Assembly (NCBI GenBank): GCA_031554295.1
Contig: JAVBVM010000038.1
Coordinates: 1-46,568, forward strand
Reading direction: 5' to 3'
Source: Desulfovibrionaceae bacterium
GTDB taxonomy: Bacteria; Desulfobacterota; Desulfovibrionia; Desulfovibrionales; Desulfovibrionaceae
Length of the DNA: 46,568 nt
Part shown: in pieces, positions 37,489 to 45,669 of the stretch
Position numbering within the stretch: the first letter of the stretch is position 1
How the letters are laid out: each line of letters begins with the position of its first letter
The notes under the pieces: generated by a model
Seen by the model: the letters and a program-made list of their open reading frames with translations, nothing else
Databases searched by the model: none
What the model was told of the DNA's origin: nothing
Program-made: the position numbers and the translations under genes

Positions 37489-39699
37489 ATGAAACTGCGC
37501 GCGAAAATATTACTCATCGTGGGGCTGCCTTTGTTGCTGGCCTACGCCCTGTATATCGGCACCGACTACAGCCGGAGCCGCGAGCAGGCGTTCAACCACG
37601 CGCGCGCCACCCTGAGCGAGCTGACCGGCCACTATGCCGCGCTGATTGACGTGCGCTTTTCCAGCATGTCCGGCGTGGCCGACACCCTGGCCCGGCTCAT
37701 CGCCATGCGTCCGCCCCAGACCCTGGAAGCTTTCGCCATCGTTGACCGGGCCATCCTGGAGGAAAACCCGGACATCTCCTCCGCCACCCTGGCCTATGAG
37801 CCTTACGCCTATAACCTGAGCCAGCGTTTTTTCAGCGCCTCGGTCTTCCGCTCCAGTTGGGGCGACAAAGAAATGTTCCTCACCCGCGAAGCGCTGAACG
37901 GCGACTATGCCTGGCAGGACTGGTTTCTACAGCCCAAGCTCAGCCTGGCGCCCTTCTGGGCCGAGCCCTATTTTGAGGACGAGAACAACGTGCGCCTGAT
38001 GTGCTCGTATTCCTCGCCGCTGCTCAGCGACGGCGTTTTCCAGGGCGTTTTGAGCGTGGAGGCAAGTATTGAATACATCACCAACACCCTGAACGAGCTA
38101 AAGGTGGAGGGCGGCTTCAGCGCCCTGGTCAGCCGCACCGGCGGCCTGATCGCCCACCCTGACCCGAAAATGGTCATTCCCATGACCCTGCGCCGCTATG
38201 CGGAAGAGAACAACCTGCCCGAACTGCGGCAATTCGCCGAAGCCCTGCCGAAAATGCGGGACGACGGCATCGTGCACATGAAGGAATTCATCAAGCGCGG
38301 CCCGACCTTTGTCGGCTACGCGCGGGTGCCGAGCACCGGCTGGATCTTTCTCGGCATTGTGGAGGAAGACGTGGTGCTGGCCCCACTCCTGGCCCGGCTG
38401 CGCACCAACATGATCATGCTCGCCGGCAGCGCGGTGCTTTTATTTCTGCTCATCTATCTTCTGGCCTCATACCAGATCACCCGGCCGCTCCAGACCATGG
38501 CCGCCGCCGCCCGCCGCATCGCCGGAGGCGATTTGGAAACGCCCGTGTCCATGCCCCGCCAGCGCGACGAAATCAGCGATCTGGCCATGGCCTTCAACAC
38601 CATGCAGACCGACCTGCAGCAGCACATAGCCGGCCGGGTGGAAGAGAGCACGGCCCGAAAAATGGCGGAAAAGGCCAACCAAGCGAAAAACGAATTCATC
38701 TCCAACATGAGCCACGAGTTGCGCACCCCCCTGAACTCCATCATCGGCATGGCCTACCTCACCCAGAACACGCCCCTGAACGCCCAGCAGGAAAAATACG
38801 TGCGCCAGATCCACACGGCCGCCAAATCCATGCTGGCCATCATCAACGATATTTTTGACTTTTCCACCATGGAGGCCAGCAAGCTCAAGCTGAACGAGAC
38901 CCCCTTCTTCCTTGAGCAGGTCGTGGCCGACGCCTCGATCGAAATTGCCGGCCGCTGCCGGGAAAAGGGCCTGGAGTTCCAGATTGCCATCGCCGAAAAC
39001 GTCCCGCGCCACCTGATCGGCGATGCCGCCCGCCTGGGGCAGATCTTGGGAAATTTCCTTGACAACGCCGTGAAATTCACCGAACGCGGCAGCGTCGCCC
39101 TGTCCTGCGAGCCCGGCCCCCTGCCCGAGTCGCGAGAGGACGCGGCCGACAGCGAGACCGTCTCCCTCCTGTTCACAGTCCGCGACACCGGCATCGGCAT
39201 TTCCCCGGAATTCAAGGAGCGGATATTTTCCGCCTTCACGCAGGCCGACGCCTCAAGCACCCGAAAACACGGCGGCATCGGGCTTGGCTTGTCCATCTCG
39301 CGCCACCTGATCACGCTCATGAACGGCGAAGTCAGCCTGGAAAGCGAAGAAGGCCAGGGCACCGCCGTGCGTTTCACCGTGCGCCTGCGGCGCGACCCGG
39401 ACCACACCGAGGCCCACCCCTCGGCCTCTCCGGGCGAAGCCCCGAGCGCCGCCTCCACGGCCGCGCTTCCGCCGCCCGCCGTTTCCCTGAAACAGGAATT
39501 GGAAACCCTGGAACGCCTGTTGGCCGAAGACGACGCCCGGGCCGTAAACGCCTTTTCCACGCTTGAGCCGCACCTGCTCCAGACCCAGCCCGAAGCCCAC
39601 GCCCTGCTGCGCCAGGCCATGGACGCCTTTGATTTTGAACAGGCCCTCCGCCTGGCGCGCGATCTCTTCAAAAAACTGCAACCGCCCGCACAGGAATAG
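37489..39699 (+). CDS. Sensor histidine kinase: TM, periplasmic Cache-like domain, TM, HAMP, HisKA, HATPase_c, plus a ~100-aa helical C-terminal tail. No receiver domain.
   Basis: ATG 37489 (MKLRAKILLIVGLPLLLAY). H-box [32 protein letters not shown]. The track ORF start 37375 would overlap the PBP gene. Confidence 0.88.
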   Translation: MKLRAKILLIVGLPLLLAYALYIGTDYSRSREQAFNHARATLSELTGHYAALIDVRFSSMSGVADTLARLIAMRPPQTLEAFAIVDRAILEENPDISSATLAYEPYAYNLSQRFFSASVFRSSWGDKEMFLTREALNGDYAWQDWFLQPKLSLAPFWAEPYFEDENNVRLMCSYSSPLLSDGVFQGVLSVEASIEYITNTLNELKVEGGFSALVSRTGGLIAHPDPKMVIPMTLRRYAEENNLPELRQFAEALPKMRDDGIVHMKEFIKRGPTFVGYARVPSTGWIFLGIVEEDVVLAPLLARLRTNMIMLAGSAVLLFLLIYLLASYQITRPLQTMAAAARRIAGGDLETPVSMPRQRDEISDLAMAFNTMQTDLQQHIAGRVEESTARKMAEKANQAKNEFISNMSHELRTPLNSIIGMAYLTQNTPLNAQQEKYVRQIHTAAKSMLAIINDIFDFSTMEASKLKLNETPFFLEQVVADASIEIAGRCREKGLEFQIAIAENVPRHLIGDAARLGQILGNFLDNAVKFTERGSVALSCEPGPLPESREDAADSETVSLLFTVRDTGIGISPEFKERIFSAFTQADASSTRKHGGIGLGLSISRHLITLMNGEVSLESEEGQGTAVRFTVRLRRDPDHTEAHPSASPGEAPSAASTAALPPPAVSLKQELETLERLLAEDDARAVNAFSTLEPHLLQTQPEAHALLRQAMDAFDFEQALRLARDLFKKLQPPAQE

Positions 39700-39701
39700 C
39701 C

Positions 39702-40505
39702 GTGCCCCTATCCCCGCTCGTCGGGCCTTCCGCCGATCCAGTCCTGTCCGTTCAGGACCTGCGCAAGAACTACAGAACAAAATGCGCGGTCGATTCCGTC
39801 TCCTTCAGCGTGTCCGCCGGCGAGGTGGTCGGCCTGCTCGGCCCGAACGGCGCCGGCAAGACCACCACCCTGAACATGATCCTGGGCATCCTGGCGCCGG
39901 ACCGCGGCACGGTGGCCATTGACGGCCTGGATATCGTCAAGCGGCGCACCCGAGCCCTGGAACGCGTCAATTTCGCGGCCGTGTACGCCACCCTGCCCGG
40001 CAACCTGACCGTGGAGCAGAACCTGCGTATCTTCGGCATGCTTTACGGCGTGCGCGGCCTTTCCAGCCGCATCAATGACGTGATCCGCGAATATGACCTG
40101 GAACGCTTCCGGCGCACCCGCTGCGGCGTGCTCTCCTCCGGCGAGCAGACGCGCGCCTCGCTCGCCAAGGCCATGCTCAACTCCCCCCGCCTGCTCCTGC
40201 TGGACGAGCCCACCGCCTCCCTCGACCCCTCGGTGGCCCGCGACATCCGCGCCAAAATCCGCGCTTACGCCGCCACCGGCCAGGGCGGCGTGCTCTGGAC
40301 CTCGCACAACATGCAGGAGGTGGAAACCGTCTGCGATCGCGTGCTCTTCCTCTCGCGCGGCCGCATCATTCTGGAAGGCGCGCCGGCCGACCTGCCCGCC
40401 CGATACGGCAAGGCCAACCTTGAGGAGTTGTTCATCCACGTGGCTAAAGAACCCCTCCACCCCGCCGCCGCGGAGACCGCCACGGAGCAGGCTGATGCGT
40501 CGTAA
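39702..40505 (+). CDS. ABC transporter ATP-binding protein (ABC-2 / DrrA-like exporter type)
   Basis: GTG start 2 nt after the kinase stop. Walker A GPNGAGKTT, signature LSSGEQTR, Walker B LLLLDEPT. Confidence 0.88.
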   Translation: MPLSPLVGPSADPVLSVQDLRKNYRTKCAVDSVSFSVSAGEVVGLLGPNGAGKTTTLNMILGILAPDRGTVAIDGLDIVKRRTRALERVNFAAVYATLPGNLTVEQNLRIFGMLYGVRGLSSRINDVIREYDLERFRRTRCGVLSSGEQTRASLAKAMLNSPRLLLLDEPTASLDPSVARDIRAKIRAYAATGQGGVLWTSHNMQEVETVCDRVLFLSRGRIILEGAPADLPARYGKANLEELFIHVAKEPLHPAAAETATEQADAS

Positions 40506-41316
40506 CCTGATCGTCCATGCCGGCCGCGCCCTCGCCATCACCCTGCGCCATCTCTACCTGATCAAGGGCGGCCTTTCGCGTGTGCTGCCCATTTTCGCCT
40601 GGGTGACCATCGACATGATCCTCTGGGGCTTCATCACCCGCTACCTGTCCACCTTCGGCATGCCCGGCTTCACCATCGGCTCCGCCCTGCTCGGGGCCGT
40701 GGTCTGCTGGGGCTTTTTCGGCCGCGTCATGCACGGCGTGAGCATGGCCTTTTTCGAAGACATCTGGTCGCGCAATTTCCTCAACATTTTCGCCTCGCCC
40801 ATCTCCATCGCCGAATACATCGCCGGCCTCGCCCTCTCCAGCGTCATCACCAGCTGCATGGCCCTGATCGTCCTGCTCTTCGTCTCCACGCTGCTCTTCA
40901 ACCTCTCCCTCATCCAGTACGGCCTGCCCCTGGCCTTGATCCTCCTCACCCTCTTCTTTTTCGGCATCGCCCTCGGCATTGTCGGCAGCGCCATTGTCCT
41001 GCGCTTTGGCCCGCCCGCCGAATGGTTCATCTGGCCCATCCCCGCCCTGATCGCCCCCTTTGCCGGCGTCTTCTATCCCCAGTCAGTGCTCCCCGAATGG
41101 ATGCAAGCCGTCGCCCGCATCCTCCCTCCCTCCTATGCCTTCGAGCAACTGCGCGCCCTCATCGGCGGCCAGCCCGTCGACCCCGCCGCCGCTCTGCCCG
41201 CCCTCGCCCTGGCCATCGGCCAGCTCGTCCTGGCCGGACTGCTTTTCCGGCACGTCTACACCGTCGCCGTGCGCAGCGGGCTGATCGCCCGGTACAGCGC
41301 CGAACATGTGAATTAA
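40495..41316 (+). CDS. ABC-2 type transporter permease
   Basis: 273 aa from ATG 40495 (MRRNLIVHAGRALAITLRHLYL...), about 6 TM, overlapping the ATPase stop by 11 nt. The longer track ORF (from 40093) is an out-of-context extension. Confidence 0.82.
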   Translation: MRRNLIVHAGRALAITLRHLYLIKGGLSRVLPIFAWVTIDMILWGFITRYLSTFGMPGFTIGSALLGAVVCWGFFGRVMHGVSMAFFEDIWSRNFLNIFASPISIAEYIAGLALSSVITSCMALIVLLFVSTLLFNLSLIQYGLPLALILLTLFFFGIALGIVGSAIVLRFGPPAEWFIWPIPALIAPFAGVFYPQSVLPEWMQAVARILPPSYAFEQLRALIGGQPVDPAAALPALALAIGQLVLAGLLFRHVYTVAVRSGLIARYSAEHVN

Positions 41317-41321
41317 AGGCA

Positions 41322-41398
41322 GGCCGGCGGCCAAAGGGGGCACCTCCCCTTTGGAACCCCTTCTGTTTTTACGATCCGTTCATACGCCTCGCGGCAAG
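41322..41398 (+). repeat. Right copy of the ~70-nt hairpin repeat. It doubles as a likely terminator of the six-gene module.
   Basis: ggccaaagggggcacctcccctttggaaccccttctgtttttacgatccgttcatacgcctcgcggcaag. Hairpin ccaaagggg/cccctttgg followed by a T-rich run. It starts 5-12 nt after the stop at 41316. Confidence 0.75.
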
Positions 41399-41661
41399 CC
41401 TGCACTTCCAACGAGCATGGCGCCTGTGGCTCCGATCGCCCCTTCCGCCCCCCCGCCCTCTCCCGGGCCGTCGCTTCTTGAGGAAACCCGCGTTCCACCC
41501 CACTCCCGCCAACCAATGACCGGGCGGCGACGAAGACGACAGGCGTCACCCGCCGGAATGGCGAGTCGCAAGGGTCAAGGGTTCCCGGCCCGTGTCGGGG
41601 CGGCAATTCGCCGGGGAGCAAGGGGGAAAGAGAAGAGAGGGGGATCTGGAAAAGAGGAGGA

Positions 41662-41684
41662 CCGGGGGAGCAACGCTCCCCCGG
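41662..41684 (-). terminator. Hairpin 3' of pal
   Basis: ccgggggagc / aac / gctcccccgg, a 10-bp stem. The minus strand continues with a pyrimidine-rich CCTCCTCTTTTCC. The flanking 21-mer recurs 3' of nfnB. Confidence 0.5.
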
Positions 41685-41699
41685 CCGTCGAAGGTATCG

Positions 41700-42224
41700 T
41701 TAGCGGATGATTTTGAATTCAGAGCGCCGGTTGAGGCTCCAGGCGCGCTCGTCGTGGCCGAGGTCGGCCGGGTGTTCTTCGCCGAAGCTGATCACTTCGA
41801 TGGAGTTCGCGTTGACGCCGAGCATGGTCAGGTAGTCGCGCACGGCGCGGGCCCGGCGTTCGCCGAGGGCCAGGTTGTATTCCTGGGTGCCGCGTTCGTC
41901 GCAGTAGCCTTCGACCAGGATGCGGCTGTTCGAGCGCTTGATTTTATCGGCAACGCTCTGGAGAATGGCTTTGCCGTCCTCGCGCAGGGTGAACTGATCG
42001 TATTCGAAGTATACCCTGGAAGCGGTGATTTCGCGCTGGATGGCCGAAAGCTGGGCTTCCGAAAGGATGCCGTCGTCACCCATGGTGGAGTCAGTGCCGG
42101 AACCCGTGGCGGAAACCAGGGTGGCTTCCGGGGCCGCTTCAATGGTTTTTTTCGGGCAGCCGGCGGTCAGGCCGACAACAAAAACAAGGGCCAGAAGGCA
42201 GATAAGACGCAGACGAATCGACAT
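41700..42224 (-). CDS. pal: Peptidoglycan-associated lipoprotein (Pal / OmpA-C-like)
   Basis: 174 aa from ATG 42224 (MSIRLRLICLLALVFVVGLTAGC, lipobox LTAGC). OmpA-like block VYFEYDQFTL...ILVEGYCDERGTQEYNLALGERRA. Confidence 0.88.
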   Translation of the reverse strand: MSIRLRLICLLALVFVVGLTAGCPKKTIEAAPEATLVSATGSGTDSTMGDDGILSEAQLSAIQREITASRVYFEYDQFTLREDGKAILQSVADKIKRSNSRILVEGYCDERGTQEYNLALGERRARAVRDYLTMLGVNANSIEVISFGEEHPADLGHDERAWSLNRRSEFKIIR

Positions 42225-42410
42225 GGTATGACTCCTGTTTTGCGCCACCCCCCATGGGCGGCACAGTTTTGTCTGTTGGGTAACCCGGGGAAATGCGAAG
42301 ATGGCCGGGTTGGGGCCATTCTTTCCCCAGTTTCGGGCGATTGTCAAGGAGCCAATAAGCAAAAGGCGAAGGGAGACGTAGATTTTTGCCGATCGGAGGG
42401 CGCGGGGCAA

Positions 42411-43100
42411 TCACTGCTTGCGGACCGGATCCGGAAAATGGACCCAGGCGCCGTCTTCATTGAAGGAATAAAGCGGGAGAAACCGGCCCTTGTATTGGGA
42501 CTGGGGGAAGATGCCGTCGCGCGGCCGGGCGTTGTTGTCGAGAATGAACCAGGTACTGTTGGCGCGCGCGGCCAGTATGGCGTGCAGGCCCGGACGGTAT
42601 TGCCCTTTGGGGATTTCCTGCCGGATGATCACCAGGCGCAGATCCCGCGCCGGAACGCCGAGAAAGCGCAGGGCGAAATATTTGGCGATGGCGTAGTCTT
42701 CGCAGTCGCCTCCCCGGCGGCTGATGAACTCGCGCGGGGTATCCCAGTGCTCGTCGATATTCCAGGTATCCTGGTCGCGTTTTGGCAGCCACTGGTTGAA
42801 ATAGGCGCTCGCCATGCGCAGCACATCCAGTTCCGGGCTGGTTTTGGCGCGCTGAACGAGGTTACGCCAGTGCTCCGCGTCCGACCCGCGCAGGGCGTCG
42901 CCCGAGGCGGTGAAGGTCGGCCTCTTTTTTTCCGCGTCCAGCACCCGCCGCCATTGCGGCGCGAAAACGCGCTGGAAGAGAAGATCGTCCCGCGCCGGAG
43001 TCTCGGGCGCGTCGAAAAGCGACGGGGCCGGCGCGGCCCAGGCCGCGCCGGACCGCAGCGCGCCGAACAGAAAGATAAGGACGAGGCGGCGCAAAGGCAT
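42411..43100 (-). CDS. Periplasmic transglutaminase-like cysteine peptidase (BTLCP / LapG-type fold)
   Basis: 229 aa from ATG 43100 (signal MPLRRLVLIFLFGALRSGAAWA). Catalytic GGDCEDYAIAKY (Cys), HAILAA (His) and FILDNN (Asp). Confidence 0.8.
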   Translation of the reverse strand: MPLRRLVLIFLFGALRSGAAWAAPAPSLFDAPETPARDDLLFQRVFAPQWRRVLDAEKKRPTFTASGDALRGSDAEHWRNLVQRAKTSPELDVLRMASAYFNQWLPKRDQDTWNIDEHWDTPREFISRRGGDCEDYAIAKYFALRFLGVPARDLRLVIIRQEIPKGQYRPGLHAILAARANSTWFILDNNARPRDGIFPQSQYKGRFLPLYSFNEDGAWVHFPDPVRKQ

Positions 43101-43108
43101 GGGAATTC

Positions 43109-43609
43109 TTACGCGCTGTGCGGCCGCGCGTCGCGCTTCCATTCGCTGACCATCTCGCGGACGCGGGCGGCTCGATCCCCTTCCTGGGTTTTGAAATGCT
43201 CGGCGAACACATGGAGCTGCGTGCCGCCGCGCGGCGTGAACAAGCCCTTGACCCGGCACCACAGCGGATCGAGCGTGACCACCAGATCGTCGAGCACGGC
43301 GTTGGTGATGGATTCCATGAAGGACTGGTGATTCCGGTAGGCGAACATGTAGAGCTTGAAACTCTTGGATTCCACACAGCGCTGGTCCGGAATGAATTCG
43401 ACCACGATGGTGGCGAAGTCCGGCTGGCCGGTAACCGGGCAGAGCGAGGTGAATTCCGGAAAAACGATGCTGACTATATAGGGCCGATCCGGATAGCGGT
43501 TGGGAAACGCTTCAAGCAAATGCGCGCCGGGCGAGCCTTCGGGAACGTTGGGGGATTTGCCCCCAAGCACGCGCAGGTGCCCGGTCTGGTCGGAACCGCG
43601 GGTCGTCAT
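43109..43609 (-). CDS. queF: NADPH-dependent 7-cyano-7-deazaguanine (preQ0) reductase
   Basis: 166 aa. EFTSLCPVTGQPDF (catalytic Cys) and the QueF motif ESKSFKLY. Confidence 0.92.
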   Translation of the reverse strand: MTTRGSDQTGHLRVLGGKSPNVPEGSPGAHLLEAFPNRYPDRPYIVSIVFPEFTSLCPVTGQPDFATIVVEFIPDQRCVESKSFKLYMFAYRNHQSFMESITNAVLDDLVVTLDPLWCRVKGLFTPRGGTQLHVFAEHFKTQEGDRAARVREMVSEWKRDARPHSA

Positions 43610-45321
43610 ATGTCTCCTTGGGAGTTATCGGATGAGACGCGCGGCAGCGTCAGGAACACCCGCCGCGAAGCGCCGAAATATCTGTACCAGCCGAAGGCCA
43701 GAGCCATGGCCGGGAACAGACTGAAAAAGCTCTGGCTGAACAGCGCGCCGGCCTGTGCCCGCGTTCCGGAAAAAAGAACGGCCAAAACCCCGGCCAGGGC
43801 CAGGCACAGGAAAATCATGAGCAACTGCAACCCCCGCGCGTAGGGCGCGGCCGCGCGCGAACGCAGCAGGACAAGCAGACAGGCAATAATGTGGAGCAGG
43901 GCCACGCAGGCGATCGCCACGTTCGCCAGCAGCCGGGCCGTCTGAATGCCTTCCGGCGGGAAAAGCCGGGCGATTACGCTGAGCAGGGGCGGCTGGGGGT
44001 TGAAGGCGGGCATTTGGAAAACGAAGAGCACGGCTGAATAGGCGCAGCCGCCGCAAAAAAACAAAAGCCAGCCGTGCAGGCCGGTAAAGGCGGTTTTCTC
44101 GGCCCGCCAGGTGGCGGCGGCCAGGCGCTCGCCCTCATCCGGCCCGGAAACGCGGCGGGCGCAGTGCTCGGCCAAAGCTTTCGCGCCGGGCCGCGTCGGA
44201 AAGGCCGCGCGCAGGGAATGGGCGTTGCGCGCGTAGGCGTACAGCGCGATTTCAAAAATCAGGGTGGGGGCAAGCAGGAAAAACCACCAGGCGGCGTTCC
44301 CGAACGGACGATCCGCGGCTTCCCAGCTCAGGCCGATGGCGCAGGTCAGGGCCACGGAAAGCGCCCAGAAGGCGATGCGCAGCTTGCCCAGCCTCAGGGC
44401 CAGATCGCGGCCGCCCGGAATGCGGAACATCAGGCTGAAAATCAGGCAAAACCCACCCACCGCCACCAGCGGGGAAAGCGTGAGCATGAAAAACGAAACC
44501 ACGGTGACCCAGGCCCCCTGAAGACGGAGCAGCGTTTCCAGCGGGATAAAAAGCAGCATGGACGCAAGTGCCTGCAAACCGACCGCCGACCGCCAAGCCT
44601 GCCAGAGCAGCACCATCAGGGCCGCGCCCAACACCAGCCAGGCGAAGGGAGGATATTCCGTCGGGCCGGGCACAGCGGCCGCTCGCGTCCTGGCCGGGAC
44701 GGCCGCCGCTTCCTGCCCGGCGGGGGCGGGGGGCGGGTCTTCTTGCTCCGGCGCGCCATAGGGCGGGCAGAACGCCTCCGGCCCCGCGGCCGGCTGCGGG
44801 CGGCGCCGCGTTTCCAGGACCGCCGCCACCCGGCGCGACAGGCGGAAATAGAACCACCAGGCCACATCGCAGGCCATGCTCAGGATGGACAACGCCATAA
44901 TAGTCCGGGCCGATACGCTTTGGCGCCCAAACATGAGGAAGCTCACGAACAGGAGCAGCACGGCAAAACCCAAACGCGCCGCCAAGGCGAAACGCACGGA
45001 TCGCGCCGCGTCCGACGCGCGCCGCAGCAGGCGCGACGCGGCGAACAAGAGCCAGATCCGCGTCAGGGCGTACACGCATAAAATCGGGGTGATCGGCTGT
45101 GGGCGCTGGAGGGACTCCACCAGCAGCGGGATGCTCCGCCCCCAGGCGATCAAATCGATCGTCAGAAACCCAAAAAAAACCAGCAGCCAGCCGCCGAAAC
45201 CGTCCCAGCGCAAGCGGCGCAGAAGGACGCGCCGAATCCCGGCCCGTTCCTCGGCTTCCGGCAGGGCCGGGGCGGGTGCCCCAAGCGGCGTTTGTTCGCT
45301 TACAGTCAATAAAGTATCCAT
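43606..45321 (-). CDS. Polytopic inner-membrane protein of unknown function with three tandem homologous modules (DUF2569/YdgK-like by recollection)
   Basis: 571 aa, more than 12 predicted TM segments. The stop overlaps the queF start (ATGA). Each of the three modules begins with a GGWLL-like segment and ends with an aromatic/Arg-rich segment (WWFYFRLSRRV, ALYAYARNAHSL, GWYRYFGASRRV). Confidence 0.7.
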   Translation of the reverse strand: MDTLLTVSEQTPLGAPAPALPEAEERAGIRRVLLRRLRWDGFGGWLLVFFGFLTIDLIAWGRSIPLLVESLQRPQPITPILCVYALTRIWLLFAASRLLRRASDAARSVRFALAARLGFAVLLLFVSFLMFGRQSVSARTIMALSILSMACDVAWWFYFRLSRRVAAVLETRRRPQPAAGPEAFCPPYGAPEQEDPPPAPAGQEAAAVPARTRAAAVPGPTEYPPFAWLVLGAALMVLLWQAWRSAVGLQALASMLLFIPLETLLRLQGAWVTVVSFFMLTLSPLVAVGGFCLIFSLMFRIPGGRDLALRLGKLRIAFWALSVALTCAIGLSWEAADRPFGNAAWWFFLLAPTLIFEIALYAYARNAHSLRAAFPTRPGAKALAEHCARRVSGPDEGERLAAATWRAEKTAFTGLHGWLLFFCGGCAYSAVLFVFQMPAFNPQPPLLSVIARLFPPEGIQTARLLANVAIACVALLHIIACLLVLLRSRAAAPYARGLQLLMIFLCLALAGVLAVLFSGTRAQAGALFSQSFFSLFPAMALAFGWYRYFGASRRVFLTLPRVSSDNSQGDI

Positions 45322-45573
45322 TCGGCACCTTTGTCCCTTTCAGGTAGCGGCCCCGCCAAAAAAATTCAAGCCTTTCTTTTTCGCCCGCCTTGTGGGGGGA
45401 GAGAAGGAACGCGCCGCCCGTATTCGGGCAGCGGCCAGTTTGGCGTCAGACAAGGAAAACGCGGTCCGGCGGAGCGACGTGCCATAGTCACGCATGGGTT
45501 TCGCGCGGGACGAATCGAATGCGGAACATGAGGCGGAATCACGCCAAAATGGCCGCTGCCCGCGCCGGCCCGC

Positions 45574-45602
45574 TTGACAGAAAGAGACGGCTTATCTAGT
45601 AG
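45574..45602 (+). promoter_or_regulatory. Weak candidate sigma-70 promoter for the cytochrome gene
   Basis: TTGACA (45574-45579), 17 nt, TAGTAG (45597-45602). The -10 element is poor. Confidence 0.25.
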
Positions 45603-45669
45603 GTGTAACAGATCAACGAATTCAGAGACGATCGCCGTGCCGGTAAAAAAGCACCAAGGGAGAGCCCTG

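Noticed and set aside
39400-39699. C-terminal tail of the second histidine kinase as an Hpt domain
   Set aside because: It is helical and of the right length, but I find no HxxKG-type phosphoacceptor motif. Left as unassigned.
40093-40494. N-terminal 134 aa of the 407-aa ORF 40093-41316
   Set aside because: It is an alternative frame across the ABC ATPase gene, with Pro/Ala/Ser/Arg-rich composition. The permease begins at MRRNLIV (40495) with the hydrophobic ABC-2 pattern.
34682-41398. Calling the repeat-flanked six-gene module a transposon or genomic island
   Set aside because: There is no transposase, integrase, tRNA target or recognisable direct target-site duplication in the sequence. 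Only the inverted repeats are observed, so mobility remains a hypothesis.
45322-45450. preQ1 riboswitch in the leader of the membrane-protein/queF operon
   Set aside because: I found no match to the preQ1-I core (a CCCTAAAAAACTA-like A-rich tail pairing near the RBS) or to other classes as I recall them. This needs an Infernal scan to be definitive.
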